Shown here in pieces: positions 21,101 through 30,998 of a stretch of 64,000 nucleotides of DNA. The notes below the pieces were generated by a model. The model was not told the origin of the DNA. It was given only the letters and a program-made list of their open reading frames with translations, and ran no database searches. The DNA is from Trypanosoma brucei (taxonomy: Eukaryota): NCBI GenBank assembly GCA_000002445.1, contig CM000207.1, positions 1,952,001-2,016,000 of the forward strand. Reading direction: 5' to 3'. How positions within the stretch are numbered: position 1 is the first letter of the stretch; each line of letters opens with the position of its first letter. The translations under genes and the position numbers were made by a program.

Positions 21101-21332
21101 CTTTAATGGTCTGCTTAGTTACCGTGCGAAGTCCAACTCTGTTGTGACCATGAACTATGAACAATTTGAGGCAGCATTGGAGGGGACATGGGAGGAGGCG
21201 GTGGAGGGAAAACTTTTCATCCGGTACCTTGTTTCTGGATGTGGTTTCAACAAAACCGAGGAACTTTCAACAAAGGAATTGGCATGTGTCGCGACGAGTA
21301 TGTGGAGTTCACACATGTGGAAGAGTATGTAA
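18153..21332 (+). CDS. hypothetical protein, 1059 aa, with central coiled-coil
   Basis: Long open frame. The track start 18090 is GTG; the first ATG is 18153 (MDGCVNYS...). The coiled-coil segment LRLEVNLGNTRDNLARLRQELENFREAVTYYENEVSRLERENERY... is present, and I recognised no catalytic motifs. Confidence 0.65.
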   Translation: MDGCVNYSAAGGSNEAGRVHSSRFQNVRRVVSSDVNVTSIGGLPAIQNASGQRETPSQNPLSLNASESKARANRIMIQERWRSVLLEYEVGLKELVTNSMEEPPSAIRTMKTFQLYDSVTRAVAQQSPEFGNMLRMFRMEFCRAIFTQPTLTASYLHPEDEGSGQSEELGATYFDQTEMLLRENAALRLEVNLGNTRDNLARLRQELENFREAVTYYENEVSRLERENERYAASYVTARDELTSEREKNRKIKNEFDDVRLRLLQENKDLHLRICRLRKCLSDNESVFVKDAYKVIKDKRMTLLQGLFEQGDERVVLLVMLSQLESRMNELLDQYDRDVLFGDYAGEYEQCRRTLGVVALLIEEMHLCEQRYMQLLPRDGKLINDEQDETDVFASLLSDPRMYEALVARLCIRQGGSSKTTPQLLKLVDDALPDGPEVRMSLAVYKGAQTTSPAESNTQNSVSAVREMDDTVAQVPAPSRKVSILYSHDGNPDTSSNTIPNDSFCHLRTASSPDDSEEAAKRKSEGEAGEPQKPPIIQKLGGKKFPLEMPQSFVDLPEEMFEEAKRKQEEWVANILLTSDEGDQLLQRVKAGGASSSHLTKGEQLMRHFLMKPMLDVSANKFHCGIDVFTGPAQHTQALLCSVNHVDPVEPFAVPQGTRFMHIKYRNVLREEAVVKGDDSSNNLSVSEALEEWGGKTIFTRVDCAHEQNKNEVAEMLSKSHLFGELKPSNYSKSLLKGVMASSSTSPATAVFLRLNPLSPNRSPEWLLYQNMFGGYRPITPRLIDVSTIGHILLNSCERHFQRAEERYLRCLEQTKTRATNSEMVRMLVESVFRESYVLTEFQESFVKELESRYCYPELVAKTMYEILCYFDATMAAQPLVDLYLSCIRGFESPTRIHYITYVMHQISANWPSSNPEEAIEKEDVLTLLEHVYKRASGVISMGPSEIISEYQLATHSAPITLNALRGYLVTIMLHYEDPLSLYFNGLLSYRAKSNSVVTMNYEQFEAALEGTWEEAVEGKLFIRYLVSGCGFNKTEELSTKELACVATSMWSSHMWKSM

Positions 21333-21366
21333 AGTGGCGGAGGTTTTGGTCGTCGTGAGGATGGGT

Positions 21367-21383
21367 GTTGTTTGTTGTTGTTG

Positions 21384-21412
<29 letters not shown>
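21367..21412. repeat. compound microsatellite (TTG)5(TG)14 immediately downstream of the stop codon of the 18153-21332 gene (3'UTR)
   Basis: Direct reading: gttgtttgttgttgttgttgtgtgtgtgtgtgtgtgtgtgtgtgtg. Confidence 0.9.
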
Positions 21413-21414
<2 letters not shown>

Positions 21415-21977
21415 GCGCTTTTGTTGGGGTGGGATTTGTGATGCTGGTTGCCGGAGGAGATTCAGCCGTTACTTTCTTTATGTAGAGTTACAGTGAAATG
21501 GGCTTTTATCGTGTCCTAGGGCTGTATTGTGAACAATAAAACTGCGAACCCCCGGTTGTAGGTGCTTGTTCTAGACTCCTTATCTTACCCGAAGCAAATT
21601 CACCGGTATCTTTCCTTGTTGTAGTTTTAAAGTTTTCGCCAGCATGAGTATGGAGGAAGGGGGCTTTGTCTCTACCATATTGGTTAATGTTTTTCGTATA
21701 TATATATATATTGTTTCCTGTACTACACGAAGTTGTATGTTGCGCTAAACTTGTTGTTCGCTGGAATAAACTACATATTTTTTTTATACTTTGTCATTAC
21801 CCCCCCCTTCTGCACGAAGAACCTTACACGCATATGCAGACAGTGCTACAGATAGTAAAGGACCACAAGTGACTCACTTGAATACCGCGTATAACCATAG
21901 AGTAGTGTACGTATCATCATACATTTAAATTGCGTCCTGGAATTATATGCGAGGTCAGCCTTAAAGGCAAGGAAAGA

Positions 21978-23573
21978 ATGACTTCTCACAACATAGTGAT
22001 GAGGCAAAGGACACTAAATGAGTTTTTCCCTCAAACCCCTTCAGCGGCTGGCACACACGGTAGAACAATAGTGCTGCCATGGCAGGAAAAAAGAGATGAA
22101 AACAACTCGCCGCATGGTTACATAGGCTGGGATATCGTAACTGCAGCTCTAATGGAGTCGGATACGACAGACACATCAAGCCTCAGAATACTTCTTCAGG
22201 TGCTTTATACGCGGAAAATTATTTCTGAAACTCGTCAGGTGCTGTGCTTTGGGGTACTTTGTCATGTTCTCGATCACGTCATGACTGCTGAAGAACGTGT
22301 GCAGTTTTTTTGTTTCACTTTACCCTGGATGAAGCGCGCCGTACTCCGGGGACCTGAGTTGTTTCCCCAAGAGATTCCTATTTTATCACAGAGTGATACC
22401 CATCGTTTGCTGTTCACACATGAAGAGGCCTCAACACTGCTGGTTTGTGGTTTTTTCTCCCTTTTCCAGGGAAGATCTCAGGTGCATAAATTTGGAAGCT
22501 CTACTGGGCTACACAAACTTTCTTCCTTTAACTTTGTGCGCCTTCTTTGCAATGAAAAGCCTGATCGGTTTAGCAGTCAATGTGCGAAGGTGCAGTGTTT
22601 ACTACAGTATTTTAGATATTGCGCTCGTTGCACGAAGGAAGTGTGGCCGTGCGTGGAGATCTATCGCGTTGCACGTACATCCTTTCCTGACTTTGAAAGA
22701 AGCACCCGCGCTATGGAGCCTGTCGTAATTTCCGAAAACTTGCTCATTGAAGAGAGTTATACGAACTTACAAGTGGATTTCGCCAACCGGTGTATCGGGG
22801 GTGGTGTTTTGTCTTCTGGTTGTCTCCAAGAGGAGATACGCTTCGTCACATCTCCGGAGCTACTTCTTTCTTGTCTCGTTTGTGAGGAGCTGTTAGACAA
22901 TGAAGTGGTGTTTGTTGCCGGCGCCGCGTCCTACAGTGTTACGGAGGGTTATGCGAAGACTTTCCGTTATATTAGCGGGTGTACACCGGACATTATTCCT
23001 TTAAGTGGCCGGATGTTCAGGGTGGATTCATGCGAACAAGGGATGCATGTAGATAAAGTGCCTGTTAAGCTAGTTGGGAGAAATGATGAGGCTCCAAGGT
23101 TTGTGCGCAACACGTGTATAGTGGCCATGGACGCAGTCGATTTCAGTGATGCCGTGGACAACCAATTTCGTAAGGATTTTATAATCCGTGAAACCCATAA
23201 AGCTTTTGTGGCATTCAAAGGAATTCCTGACAGCACTCTATCATCCGTGCACTCTGGTCCTATTGCGACGGGGAACTGGGGCTGCGGTGCCTTTGGTGGC
23301 GATAGAGAACTTAAACTGTTATTACAGTGGTGTGCGGCCTCTCAGGCAGGACGACCGTTAATTTATTCCGCGTTCGGTGATATTGCGTTATGCAATGGTT
23401 TTCATAAAGTTTACAAGAAGCTACGCGAAGAGGAATGGACCGTAGGGGAGGTTTTTACTATGATTCTGTTCTGCTCCAGCATGTTTCCGAGACCACGCAA
23501 CCAGTTGTTTGAGTGCTTCCTCACAATGCCGTGGTGTCGCCTTCCTCTGGGCACACATCTGGTGTTAATTTAG
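21978..23573 (+). CDS. PARG: poly(ADP-ribose) glycohydrolase (PARG)
   Basis: The PARG catalytic signature GGG-X7-QEE appears as IGGGVLSSGCLQEE (nt 22797-22835). The downstream motif TGNWGCGAFGGD (nt ~23272-23304) is typical of canonical PARGs. The track start 21930 is TTG; the first in-frame ATG is 21978. Confidence 0.8.
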   Translation: MTSHNIVMRQRTLNEFFPQTPSAAGTHGRTIVLPWQEKRDENNSPHGYIGWDIVTAALMESDTTDTSSLRILLQVLYTRKIISETRQVLCFGVLCHVLDHVMTAEERVQFFCFTLPWMKRAVLRGPELFPQEIPILSQSDTHRLLFTHEEASTLLVCGFFSLFQGRSQVHKFGSSTGLHKLSSFNFVRLLCNEKPDRFSSQCAKVQCLLQYFRYCARCTKEVWPCVEIYRVARTSFPDFERSTRAMEPVVISENLLIEESYTNLQVDFANRCIGGGVLSSGCLQEEIRFVTSPELLLSCLVCEELLDNEVVFVAGAASYSVTEGYAKTFRYISGCTPDIIPLSGRMFRVDSCEQGMHVDKVPVKLVGRNDEAPRFVRNTCIVAMDAVDFSDAVDNQFRKDFIIRETHKAFVAFKGIPDSTLSSVHSGPIATGNWGCGAFGGDRELKLLLQWCAASQAGRPLIYSAFGDIALCNGFHKVYKKLREEEWTVGEVFTMILFCSSMFPRPRNQLFECFLTMPWCRLPLGTHLVLI

Positions 23574-23639
23574 AAAAGATGAGAATTGTGGGACGGGTAA
23601 ATTGGTGGCATTGTTCGTGTAACTTCATTTCTGTTATTT

Positions 23640-23760
23640 TCATTTTCTTTTTGCGCGTGTCTGTGTGTGCATCTCCATGAACTTTGTATTGTTATTCTTC
23701 TTTCTATTTCTGTTTGTTTGTTTCTTTTTTTTTTTTGTGACTATCGCAGCCTCATAGTTT
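23640..23760 (+). promoter_or_regulatory. long polypyrimidine tract between PARG and Tctex1 genes (polyA/trans-splice coupling region)
   Basis: cattttctttttgcgcgtgtctgtgtgtgc...ttctttctatttctgtttgtttgtttcttttttttttttgtgac. Confidence 0.45.
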
Positions 23761-23816
23761 GTTGAATACTTCTGCATAAGTATATTATTAGGAGCATAAT
23801 TCAAGCATACACCATT

Positions 23817-24191
23817 ATGCAAACAGATTTTGGAGATGCCACTACTTTTTCCCTGAGGCCGGACCACAAGCGGAAGTTCCGACCGAATGATATCCGCCCA
23901 GTTGTTCGTAGCCTTCTTGAATCGAGGCTTGAGAATGAAGTTTACAAGGCGGACGAGATGCAGAGCATTAGCAAAGAAATTGCTGACGGCGTCCGTGATC
24001 GGATTCGGTCTATGGAACTTGAGCGATACAAAATAATGGTGCATTGTATGATCGGGGAGCAACGTGGGCAGGGACTTCGCGCTGGTTGCAAAATGTTTTG
24101 GGATTCTGATACGGATGACTACTTTGAGGAGGTTTACGTGACTCAACATCTCTTTGCTGTGGTGACGGTATTCGGCCTCTATCAATATTAA
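23817..24191 (+). CDS. Tctex-1 family dynein light chain
   Basis: 124-aa ORF with an ATG start. The C-terminal half, YKIMVHCMIGEQRGQGLRAGCKMFWDSDTDDYFEEVYVTQHLFAVVTVFGLYQY, has the Tctex1/DYNLT fold signature. A poly-Y tract lies upstream at 23640-23760. Confidence 0.75.
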   Translation: MQTDFGDATTFSLRPDHKRKFRPNDIRPVVRSLLESRLENEVYKADEMQSISKEIADGVRDRIRSMELERYKIMVHCMIGEQRGQGLRAGCKMFWDSDTDDYFEEVYVTQHLFAVVTVFGLYQY

Positions 24192-25011
24192 AAGGCGGAT
24201 TGATCGCTGGCCGGGAAAGGACAGGGATTTTGGAACCAACGCTATGCATCACTTTGGGACAACTCTTCCACCGTGTCTATTCGCTCAGGTCCATATCTTT
24301 CCTTATTTTATTACCTCTTCTTTCTGTTCGCTTACTTTATATTCTTTCCCATATTCCATGGGTAGGAGATTATCCGTGTGTAAATATATGTGTATGTTTT
24401 GAAAAAAAAAAATGACCGGTTTCCCCTCAGCAAGGTGTGGCATACAACTTGGCATGACATGTTGTATAGTTATGAATGAATGTTGCATCACATGAGGTTT
24501 CCTCTCACTTACTGCCGCACCTCACACACTTCTGGTGGCGAAATGAATTCATAAGAAGGGGAAGTGGGAAATACAGCCGAGAAGGAAAGAAAGGAGGAAT
24601 GGTGATTAAAAAGGGGGGAAGATAACGCCAGTGAGAGCTAGAAGTGTTCGTTATTTCCTGTTTGTTCCTCTCAAGAATGTTTGTGTTTCTTTTTTTCTTT
24701 ACAACTGACTTTTAAAACACTGAGGTTGTCGATGCATCGAAAAATCTTTGCATGCGATATGGCCGTTAGTATTCACGGTGCTTCACCAGACCCCCGCGCA
24801 ATCTGTTTGCGTTATGTTTTTTCACCCTCTTCTATACTTCTTTATTCCTCATTTCCACCGACTAAAGGGTTTGCAGCATCGACGGCAGCAAGATATATAA
24901 CGAAATTCATATCTTATACATAAAATATACATTTATATTTACGCTTAGGTTTTTTTTTAAGAGAAAAAATCATATAGAATTGACGAAGGATATAGAGAGG
25001 GGAATAAAGCG

Positions 25012-26772
25012 ATGCAGAAAAATGCACCCAAGTTTTCCGTCAGTAAATGGAACATCCTACCGGCAAATCGCCGTAGCAAATTTTTCTGGGAAAAACTCAA
25101 TGAATACCTAGAACCTTTGTTGAGCGCCGATTTTCCTCTCATGGATGAGGAGTTTCGCGGTCTCTGTAATGTAGCGAATCAGCCCCCAGGAACGCACCCA
25201 GTTCTTAGCGAAACCCTCATAGCAACAGTGAAGAATTTGCGCAGTTACTGTGAGGGTGTTACGCTATGGAACCCCTTGTCCCTCGCCGCCCATCTCGACA
25301 TACCACCAACTGATGTCATTGAACAATTACTGCTCGCTAAGGAGGCTGGTTTAGTTTCCATGGTCTTTGTTGTTCCCTGTCAGTCATGCGGGTGTGATAT
25401 GTTACGTGCGAACTCAGTGGGTGAAATATGCTTTAGAGCGACATATCATAAAAGCAATGTTATTGACTGCCCAATGTGCACAGATCGTAACGAGGTTGAC
25501 AACCTCGCCAGGGTTGCCGTGTACTTTCAAGATGCCACACCCTTACCCCTGTTATCGCGAAAATTTCATCGTTTGTTTTATAGTCAGGAAGTGGTGCGGC
25601 GGTGCTTGGAAACAGTGTTTTGCCCACAAGATTGTGCTTTCATGTTTAACATGAGACTGCCTGAAGGAACGTTCCTAATCATTGCCCCCGGTTTGGGTGT
25701 GATTGTTCAGTTGGAGGTAGAGACTGGCGCGCAGTTCTTGGAGCGCAACCGTCCGTATCATGATGTTCGGCTTTTGCTATCAAAGTTCGTAACTGAAAAT
25801 AACTCAGATTCTGCTGAAACCGCCAATGTGGCTCAAGATCGAAATATAATTAAGGTGAAGCATGGTAAACTGTCCTTCCGTGTGTTTAACGATACACAGC
25901 ATGCAACCTTCTTGGATATTTGCATAGCTTTCGATGTACGACTGGAATTCTTGTCTCCGAAGAAGCCCGTAGTTACGACCGTGCCGATGCTCCTCCACCA
26001 CTCGACGCGGGGCCTGCGCTCCCCCTTGTTTTATCTGTTTACTCCAGCACCACCAGGTGTGAGGACGAGCGGTGTTTACGTGCTGCATTCCTTTGAAATG
26101 CCGAACCAGGACATGGAGGAAGTAATTTTGTCTGGTAGTGACTCTACCGTCGCTGTCATACGTGAGGTCCACCGCTATTCGTTAGAGGACCATAGTGGCC
26201 TTTTACTATCTGTAGGCGTCGGTGGTGCAACTTTCGAGTCATCCTTTATGTCCTACACCGCCGCCTTGGCCTCCTCGTTGTGCTTTGCACAACGCTTAGT
26301 AACTCGACTTGGCAATGACATCGCAGGAGCTCTGTCCTGCAGCATCACTGCAGGTGAGCTTTATATGGCTTCCTTTAAGGGACAGTATGATGATGACGAA
26401 AACGAACGTTCCGCTTACCCTAGTGTGCAGATTATTGGACCTGCGGTGTATGCAGGACATCATCCACCGCCTGCCGTAGATCCACCCTGCACGAACGAGC
26501 TAATGCAAAAATACACTCGTAACGTTCGCTTTGAAATGCGCGTGGTATCAGACGACAATACAGGCGTTTGTCTCAAGTCCCTCGCCGCAGATGAGATGTT
26601 GGATCCGTTTCTGACTTACATGCAGGAAAACTTTGTGGGAGTGGAAATAAAGGAAGAGCCACAAGCATTAGTTGTTGTTGTTCCACTAGATACGCTCAAT
26701 GCAAAGGTGAAACTTGCTTCCTTAGTGGACTCAACAACATATACTAAGGAAATACATGGCCCCTTTGGTTAG
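25012..26772 (+). CDS. hypothetical protein, 586 aa, with N-terminal Cys cluster (possible zinc ribbon)
   Basis: ATG start with poly-Y upstream. The Cys-rich segment is VVPCQSCGCDMLRANSVGEICFRATYHKSNVIDCPMCTDRN. No other domain recognised. Confidence 0.6.
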   Translation: MQKNAPKFSVSKWNILPANRRSKFFWEKLNEYLEPLLSADFPLMDEEFRGLCNVANQPPGTHPVLSETLIATVKNLRSYCEGVTLWNPLSLAAHLDIPPTDVIEQLLLAKEAGLVSMVFVVPCQSCGCDMLRANSVGEICFRATYHKSNVIDCPMCTDRNEVDNLARVAVYFQDATPLPLLSRKFHRLFYSQEVVRRCLETVFCPQDCAFMFNMRLPEGTFLIIAPGLGVIVQLEVETGAQFLERNRPYHDVRLLLSKFVTENNSDSAETANVAQDRNIIKVKHGKLSFRVFNDTQHATFLDICIAFDVRLEFLSPKKPVVTTVPMLLHHSTRGLRSPLFYLFTPAPPGVRTSGVYVLHSFEMPNQDMEEVILSGSDSTVAVIREVHRYSLEDHSGLLLSVGVGGATFESSFMSYTAALASSLCFAQRLVTRLGNDIAGALSCSITAGELYMASFKGQYDDDENERSAYPSVQIIGPAVYAGHHPPPAVDPPCTNELMQKYTRNVRFEMRVVSDDNTGVCLKSLAADEMLDPFLTYMQENFVGVEIKEEPQALVVVVPLDTLNAKVKLASLVDSTTYTKEIHGPFG

Positions 26773-26849
26773 GAGGAATCTTGACTAGAGTATTATGTGA
26801 AAGGTTCGAGTATGAACTTTGGCGAACACATGTAACCATGTAAATATAG

Positions 26850-26940
26850 AAGTAAACAGAGAAGGAGAACAAGGGAGGGAAACGGAAAGGAAAAGGGAAG
26901 CAAAGAAAAAAAGAAAGAGGAAGGGTGTATAGAAAGTGCC
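26850..26940. repeat. purine-rich (GAA/GGA) low-complexity tract in 3' intergenic region
   Basis: gaaggagaacaagggagggaaacggaaaggaaaagggaagcaaagaaaaaaagaaagaggaagg. Confidence 0.7.
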
Positions 26941-28291
26941 GAGCGATGACAGAAGGGGGGTAATTATTTATAAATGGATGAACGCACCAACCTTCTGTTC
27001 GGGAAGAAAATAGTAAAAGAAGGAAAAGGGGTGAGGAAAGGAAGTGGCGACGTGCGAAGTCGAACCTAGTAAATTGGTGCTTGGGGGGAGCTGTTGGAGA
27101 CGCAACAAATCGATGCAATCAGCCACTTTTCCCCTCCCTTTCGTCTTACTCAGAAACGCGGGCAGCTTTTTGTCTCCTCGAATGCTCAACTAAATTCGGG
27201 TTGCTATCTACGTTTGGTGAATGGGCTGCTTTTGAGGCGATAAAATGGAAAACATTTCTTTTCGATGGTGGTTTAATTTTCTTTGTTTTACTTTATTATT
27301 ATTATTTTTTTTTGTCGTTATTGTCTTATGCGGCTGTGCGTTCTTCCGCATGATGCACAAGTTTTGTGGCATCATATCCATGCTACCTTGCGCGGACCTG
27401 TGGAATACAAACACAGACCGGCGTCCCCATATCTTCCGCAAAGAATAAAAAAAGAGAACAAAAGGGAACAAATCAATAAAATGAGAAGAGGAGGAAAAGT
27501 GTAAAGCCAAAGAGGAGAAGGGTCACAACATTAATAATAGTAAAAATAGCTTGACAACAGTTTTTTTTTACTATTTTCTTCTTTCCATGCCGGTGGAAAA
27601 CGTTATAGACAGGGATGCAGCGTTACGGACCAAAAACCTTAACAATGATTTGAAAGATATCTATACGTTTACGATGAAACACAAAAAAATAAGGTGTGCA
27701 AACGAGAGAAAAGTGGCACTGGTGCCTTTCTGCTTTTTCTCTTCACATTACTTTTCATACCTTAACTTTCTCTTTTTTACACTTTTTTATTTAAAAAAAA
27801 ATGGTAAAACAATTTTTTCATTTCCTTCGTCACTGTTGTTGTTGTCTGTGGCTGCGACGCCTATCATGCAGCTTGAAGAATCATTTTTCTTCAAAAAAAA
27901 AATGAAGCTCACTTTCTAAAAAAAGAAAAAAAATCCTCTTTCTACATCTGACTAAAATATGGATCATCATTTTTTTTTCTTACCTTCCTGTTGCTAACCT
28001 TTTGAAATGCATGTATTTTTTTTATTTGTATGTGTATCGATGCGTTATTATCTTTGTATACGGATGCTCATTTAACTTTCGCAATTTTCTTTCATTAATT
28101 TTAGCTGTTGGGGTGGAGGGAAGGGGGCGGTTTTACAATTATTTTAATAGTAGGTGAGAAGAAGTGTGCTTAGGAAGTCACACCATTTGCATGGTGGAGG
28201 CGACCCCAACAGTGTGACGGTGTGTACAAGATATTGACGGCAAAACCGTGGCGTTTTATAGGAGAAAAAAAGCAGAAAGGATTGAAGAAAA

Positions 28292-30052
28292 ATGCACTGG
28301 CCGCACGGAAAATGCGGTATAGTGCTAACGGTAAGGTTACCACTGTTGATGGTGGATGCTATGCCCCGGAAGAACTTTCTGCGTGCACCTCTTTCACATT
28401 CATTTATGCATATCGGTTTTGCAATTATGTCGCAACGGCGTTGGCAATCGACCATAGGTGAGCAACGGCCCACCGCACGTCGCTCAAAGAATGCCTACAG
28501 CCATCCTTTGGCGCCCAAAGATCCCGCTTCCCGCAACATCGTTGTTCCGGATGCTGTTCACGCAAAGGTGGGCTCACCAGATACGCTTCCCGCCGAGATA
28601 TTGCAGAAACGGGCACAACGCGCCTTACTCATGCAGTTGCAGCAGAATGTTATATGGGAAGGTACAGTAATAAGTGACGAACGGCACCATCTCATACAGC
28701 ATTTCGTCAAACTTCGCCAAAACCCAAAATACCGCTCGTCGAAACAAATGATGGTTGTTGGGGGCAGGCATTTGCTGCACGAACTGCACAAGCGAGGGTA
28801 CACACCGAGACATCTGCTCGTCCGTGAGGGACAGCAAAAACCGAAGTGGGCAACGAATACGGGGGTTAAAACGGAAATTATTCGGGTGGACCGACACGTA
28901 GCCGATGTCTGCTCCCCCGGTAACGATGGTTTCATAGGTGACTTTGATATCCCAAAGCCACCCCCAAAGGAAAGTCTCATAGCAAACAAGCAGAGGTTTG
29001 ATCGCGTACTTGTGCTTGACAACGTGGATGATCCCGGTCTTCTTGGTACAGTGTTACGTACAGCGGCCGGGTTTCACTATGACGCGGTTATAGCGACAAA
29101 TCATTGTGCAGATTTATACGATCATCGGGTGATTCGCGCAGCTCGCGGTGCCCATTTCCAAAAGGCCGTTCCCATTTATACGTTGAAGGAGGAAGATGGA
29201 GATAACGTGTACGGAATGTTGAACCACATTCTGCAAAGAAACGATTTGTCACCCGTCTGCTTTGCAGCGAGGGATGATAACGACGCAACTGACGAACTAG
29301 GTGACCTTGTCAGACAGTTACGGTCTGGTTGCGCTCAGCCCAAATCGCGGACCTCACCTTGCGGATCCCCAGCGGTAAAGCGGGAAACACTTAGTGATTA
29401 CTGTCGCAATAACTTTACTAAAAGCGATGCGAAGGGTCAACTTCTCATGGTTGGGCCCAATCACAAACGTAATTCAGTTCGGCGTTGGTCAAAACAACTT
29501 AGCATACCAGTGACCCAATTGCTTCTGGACGAAGTATCGCAGACTGATGCTCTCATCGCCTTTTCTGTTGTGCTTCACGCCCTGCGGCCACATGGTAATT
29601 GGGACTACCTTCCCCTTCACAACAACCAGGAGCAACAGGAGACAGCTTCATTGGAACTTCAGGGGATGAAGGCCTCTGTGGATATTGGACCCAATCGGTT
29701 CGATTTAAATGAGAAGGATCTTAGCCTTGATGAAGAAGAGCAAGTGGAGAAAGCGCGGCTAGATAACGAATTGATGCGCTGGCGACGCCTACAACGTGCA
29801 CAAGGAAGTGACTATGACCATTGGATGGAGGCGGAGACGCGGCGCATCCAAGAGATGGCATCTAACGAGAGCCGCAAGCAAGTTAGTCCCTGGGCACGGC
29901 TTCGAACGCGCTGGCAGAAGGGTGCAGCAGGGATGCCGCCGTGGGTCCCGAATATTGTTGATGAGTATCGCACGCCACTTGACAGAGATGCTTTACGGGT
30001 AGAAAGGGAGGTAAGCGAGTCTCATGTTAGACCGGAGAATTACGACAGGTGA
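28292..30052 (+). CDS. SpoU/TrmH-family RNA 2'-O-ribose methyltransferase (SPOUT class) with long C-terminal extension
   Basis: SPOUT motifs are present: RVLVLDNVDDPGLLGTVLRTAAGF, HRVIRAARGAHF and MVGPNHK (nt ~29000-29480). An acidic/coiled C-terminal extension of roughly 150-200 aa (DEEEQVEKARLDNELMRWRRLQRAQ...) follows. The N-terminus is basic, so possibly organellar. Confidence 0.7.
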   Translation: MHWPHGKCGIVLTVRLPLLMVDAMPRKNFLRAPLSHSFMHIGFAIMSQRRWQSTIGEQRPTARRSKNAYSHPLAPKDPASRNIVVPDAVHAKVGSPDTLPAEILQKRAQRALLMQLQQNVIWEGTVISDERHHLIQHFVKLRQNPKYRSSKQMMVVGGRHLLHELHKRGYTPRHLLVREGQQKPKWATNTGVKTEIIRVDRHVADVCSPGNDGFIGDFDIPKPPPKESLIANKQRFDRVLVLDNVDDPGLLGTVLRTAAGFHYDAVIATNHCADLYDHRVIRAARGAHFQKAVPIYTLKEEDGDNVYGMLNHILQRNDLSPVCFAARDDNDATDELGDLVRQLRSGCAQPKSRTSPCGSPAVKRETLSDYCRNNFTKSDAKGQLLMVGPNHKRNSVRRWSKQLSIPVTQLLLDEVSQTDALIAFSVVLHALRPHGNWDYLPLHNNQEQQETASLELQGMKASVDIGPNRFDLNEKDLSLDEEEQVEKARLDNELMRWRRLQRAQGSDYDHWMEAETRRIQEMASNESRKQVSPWARLRTRWQKGAAGMPPWVPNIVDEYRTPLDRDALRVEREVSESHVRPENYDR

Positions 30053-30169
30053 GCGAGCGAATAATTTGATGAATGTGGTGTGGTGTGTTGAGGGTTGCGT
30101 GATAACTTAAATGGGTTGACAACACAAGAGCTTCTGGACCTCACTTATATCTATCACGAATAGAGAACC

Positions 30170-30247
30170 AATTGTTTGATTTGTCCTTATTTGTAGCTTT
30201 TCAGCCATTTCGCTTCTGTTGTTATTGCTCTCTGAGTTGTTTATAGA
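30170..30247 (+). promoter_or_regulatory. polypyrimidine tract + AG upstream of Bet5 ATG 30256
   Basis: tttgatttgtccttatttgtagcttttcagccatttcgcttctgttgttattgctctctgagttgtttatag. Confidence 0.4.
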
Positions 30248-30255
30248 AGGTGCCA

Positions 30256-30678
30256 ATGACGTTGTATTCTATTTACATCTTCAATCGATATGGTGACAAC
30301 ATATTCTACAAGGAGTGGAATCGAACTACGGCGCCTCAGGAGGGTGAGGCGGGGCTTGTAGCTGGATTCATATATACGCTACAGCACTTCTCATCGCAGC
30401 TTTCGTCCTCTGGAGAGGGTGGCTTTTACGCAGTTCGGACTCCGCTTTACAAACTTCATTATAACGAGACAATGACTGGTTATCGCGTTGCACTTCTAAG
30501 TGACAAGGATCTCAAGACAGATGTGGTGCAGAACATCTTGCGTAAGATGTTTAGTGATGTTTTCCAAAGGTACGTAACAAAGGATCCCAACTACAGTCAC
30601 ACGCAGGGTCGTGTAATCACTTCCACAGCGTTTGGGGAAGCCCTGGACCAGTTTTTCCACTCTCAGAAGATCCTTTAG
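30256..30678 (+). CDS. TRAPP complex subunit Bet5/TRAPPC1 (sybindin-like longin fold)
   Basis: The track start 30250 is GTG; the first ATG is 30256. The N-terminus MTLYSIYIFNRYGDNIFYKEWNR matches the Bet5/TRAPPC1 consensus (MT.Y..YIFDR.G.C..Y.EW.R). At ~140 aa it is the right size for Bet5. Confidence 0.65.
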   Translation: MTLYSIYIFNRYGDNIFYKEWNRTTAPQEGEAGLVAGFIYTLQHFSSQLSSSGEGGFYAVRTPLYKLHYNETMTGYRVALLSDKDLKTDVVQNILRKMFSDVFQRYVTKDPNYSHTQGRVITSTAFGEALDQFFHSQKIL

Positions 30679-30998
30679 CTTGCTGTAACTCCGACGCATG
30701 CATCGAGAAAACCGCATGAAATTTTCCAAAGGGAAGGAACACGTGGTTTCGTCCGAAGTTTGAACATTTGAAGTGAAGCGAGGAGACGAGAGAAGTTTGT
30801 GGTGATTCCCCTCTGTCCCCATGCTACCAACACGTGAATGGAACCGTCCGCCATATATAAGGATACTCTTTTTCATCCTTTCTGCTTTGTTGTGCGTTTA
30901 ACGACAAATTATCTACTCACATTCATCGCATCTCCGCTTTTCAACTTCTCCAGTTCTCATCATTTTCGCCAGCAGTAGCTTGGAATTAATATCGTACA

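Noticed and set aside
21367-21412. Considered whether regular short repeats could be a CRISPR array
   Set aside because: These are simple di/trinucleotide microsatellites with no spacers. The genome context is eukaryotic, so there is no CRISPR.
23640-24239. 199-aa minus-strand ORF overlapping the Tctex1 gene
   Set aside because: The + strand frame encodes a recognisable Tctex1 dynein light chain. The antisense ORF is Lys-rich junk that also spans a poly-pyrimidine/poly-purine tract.
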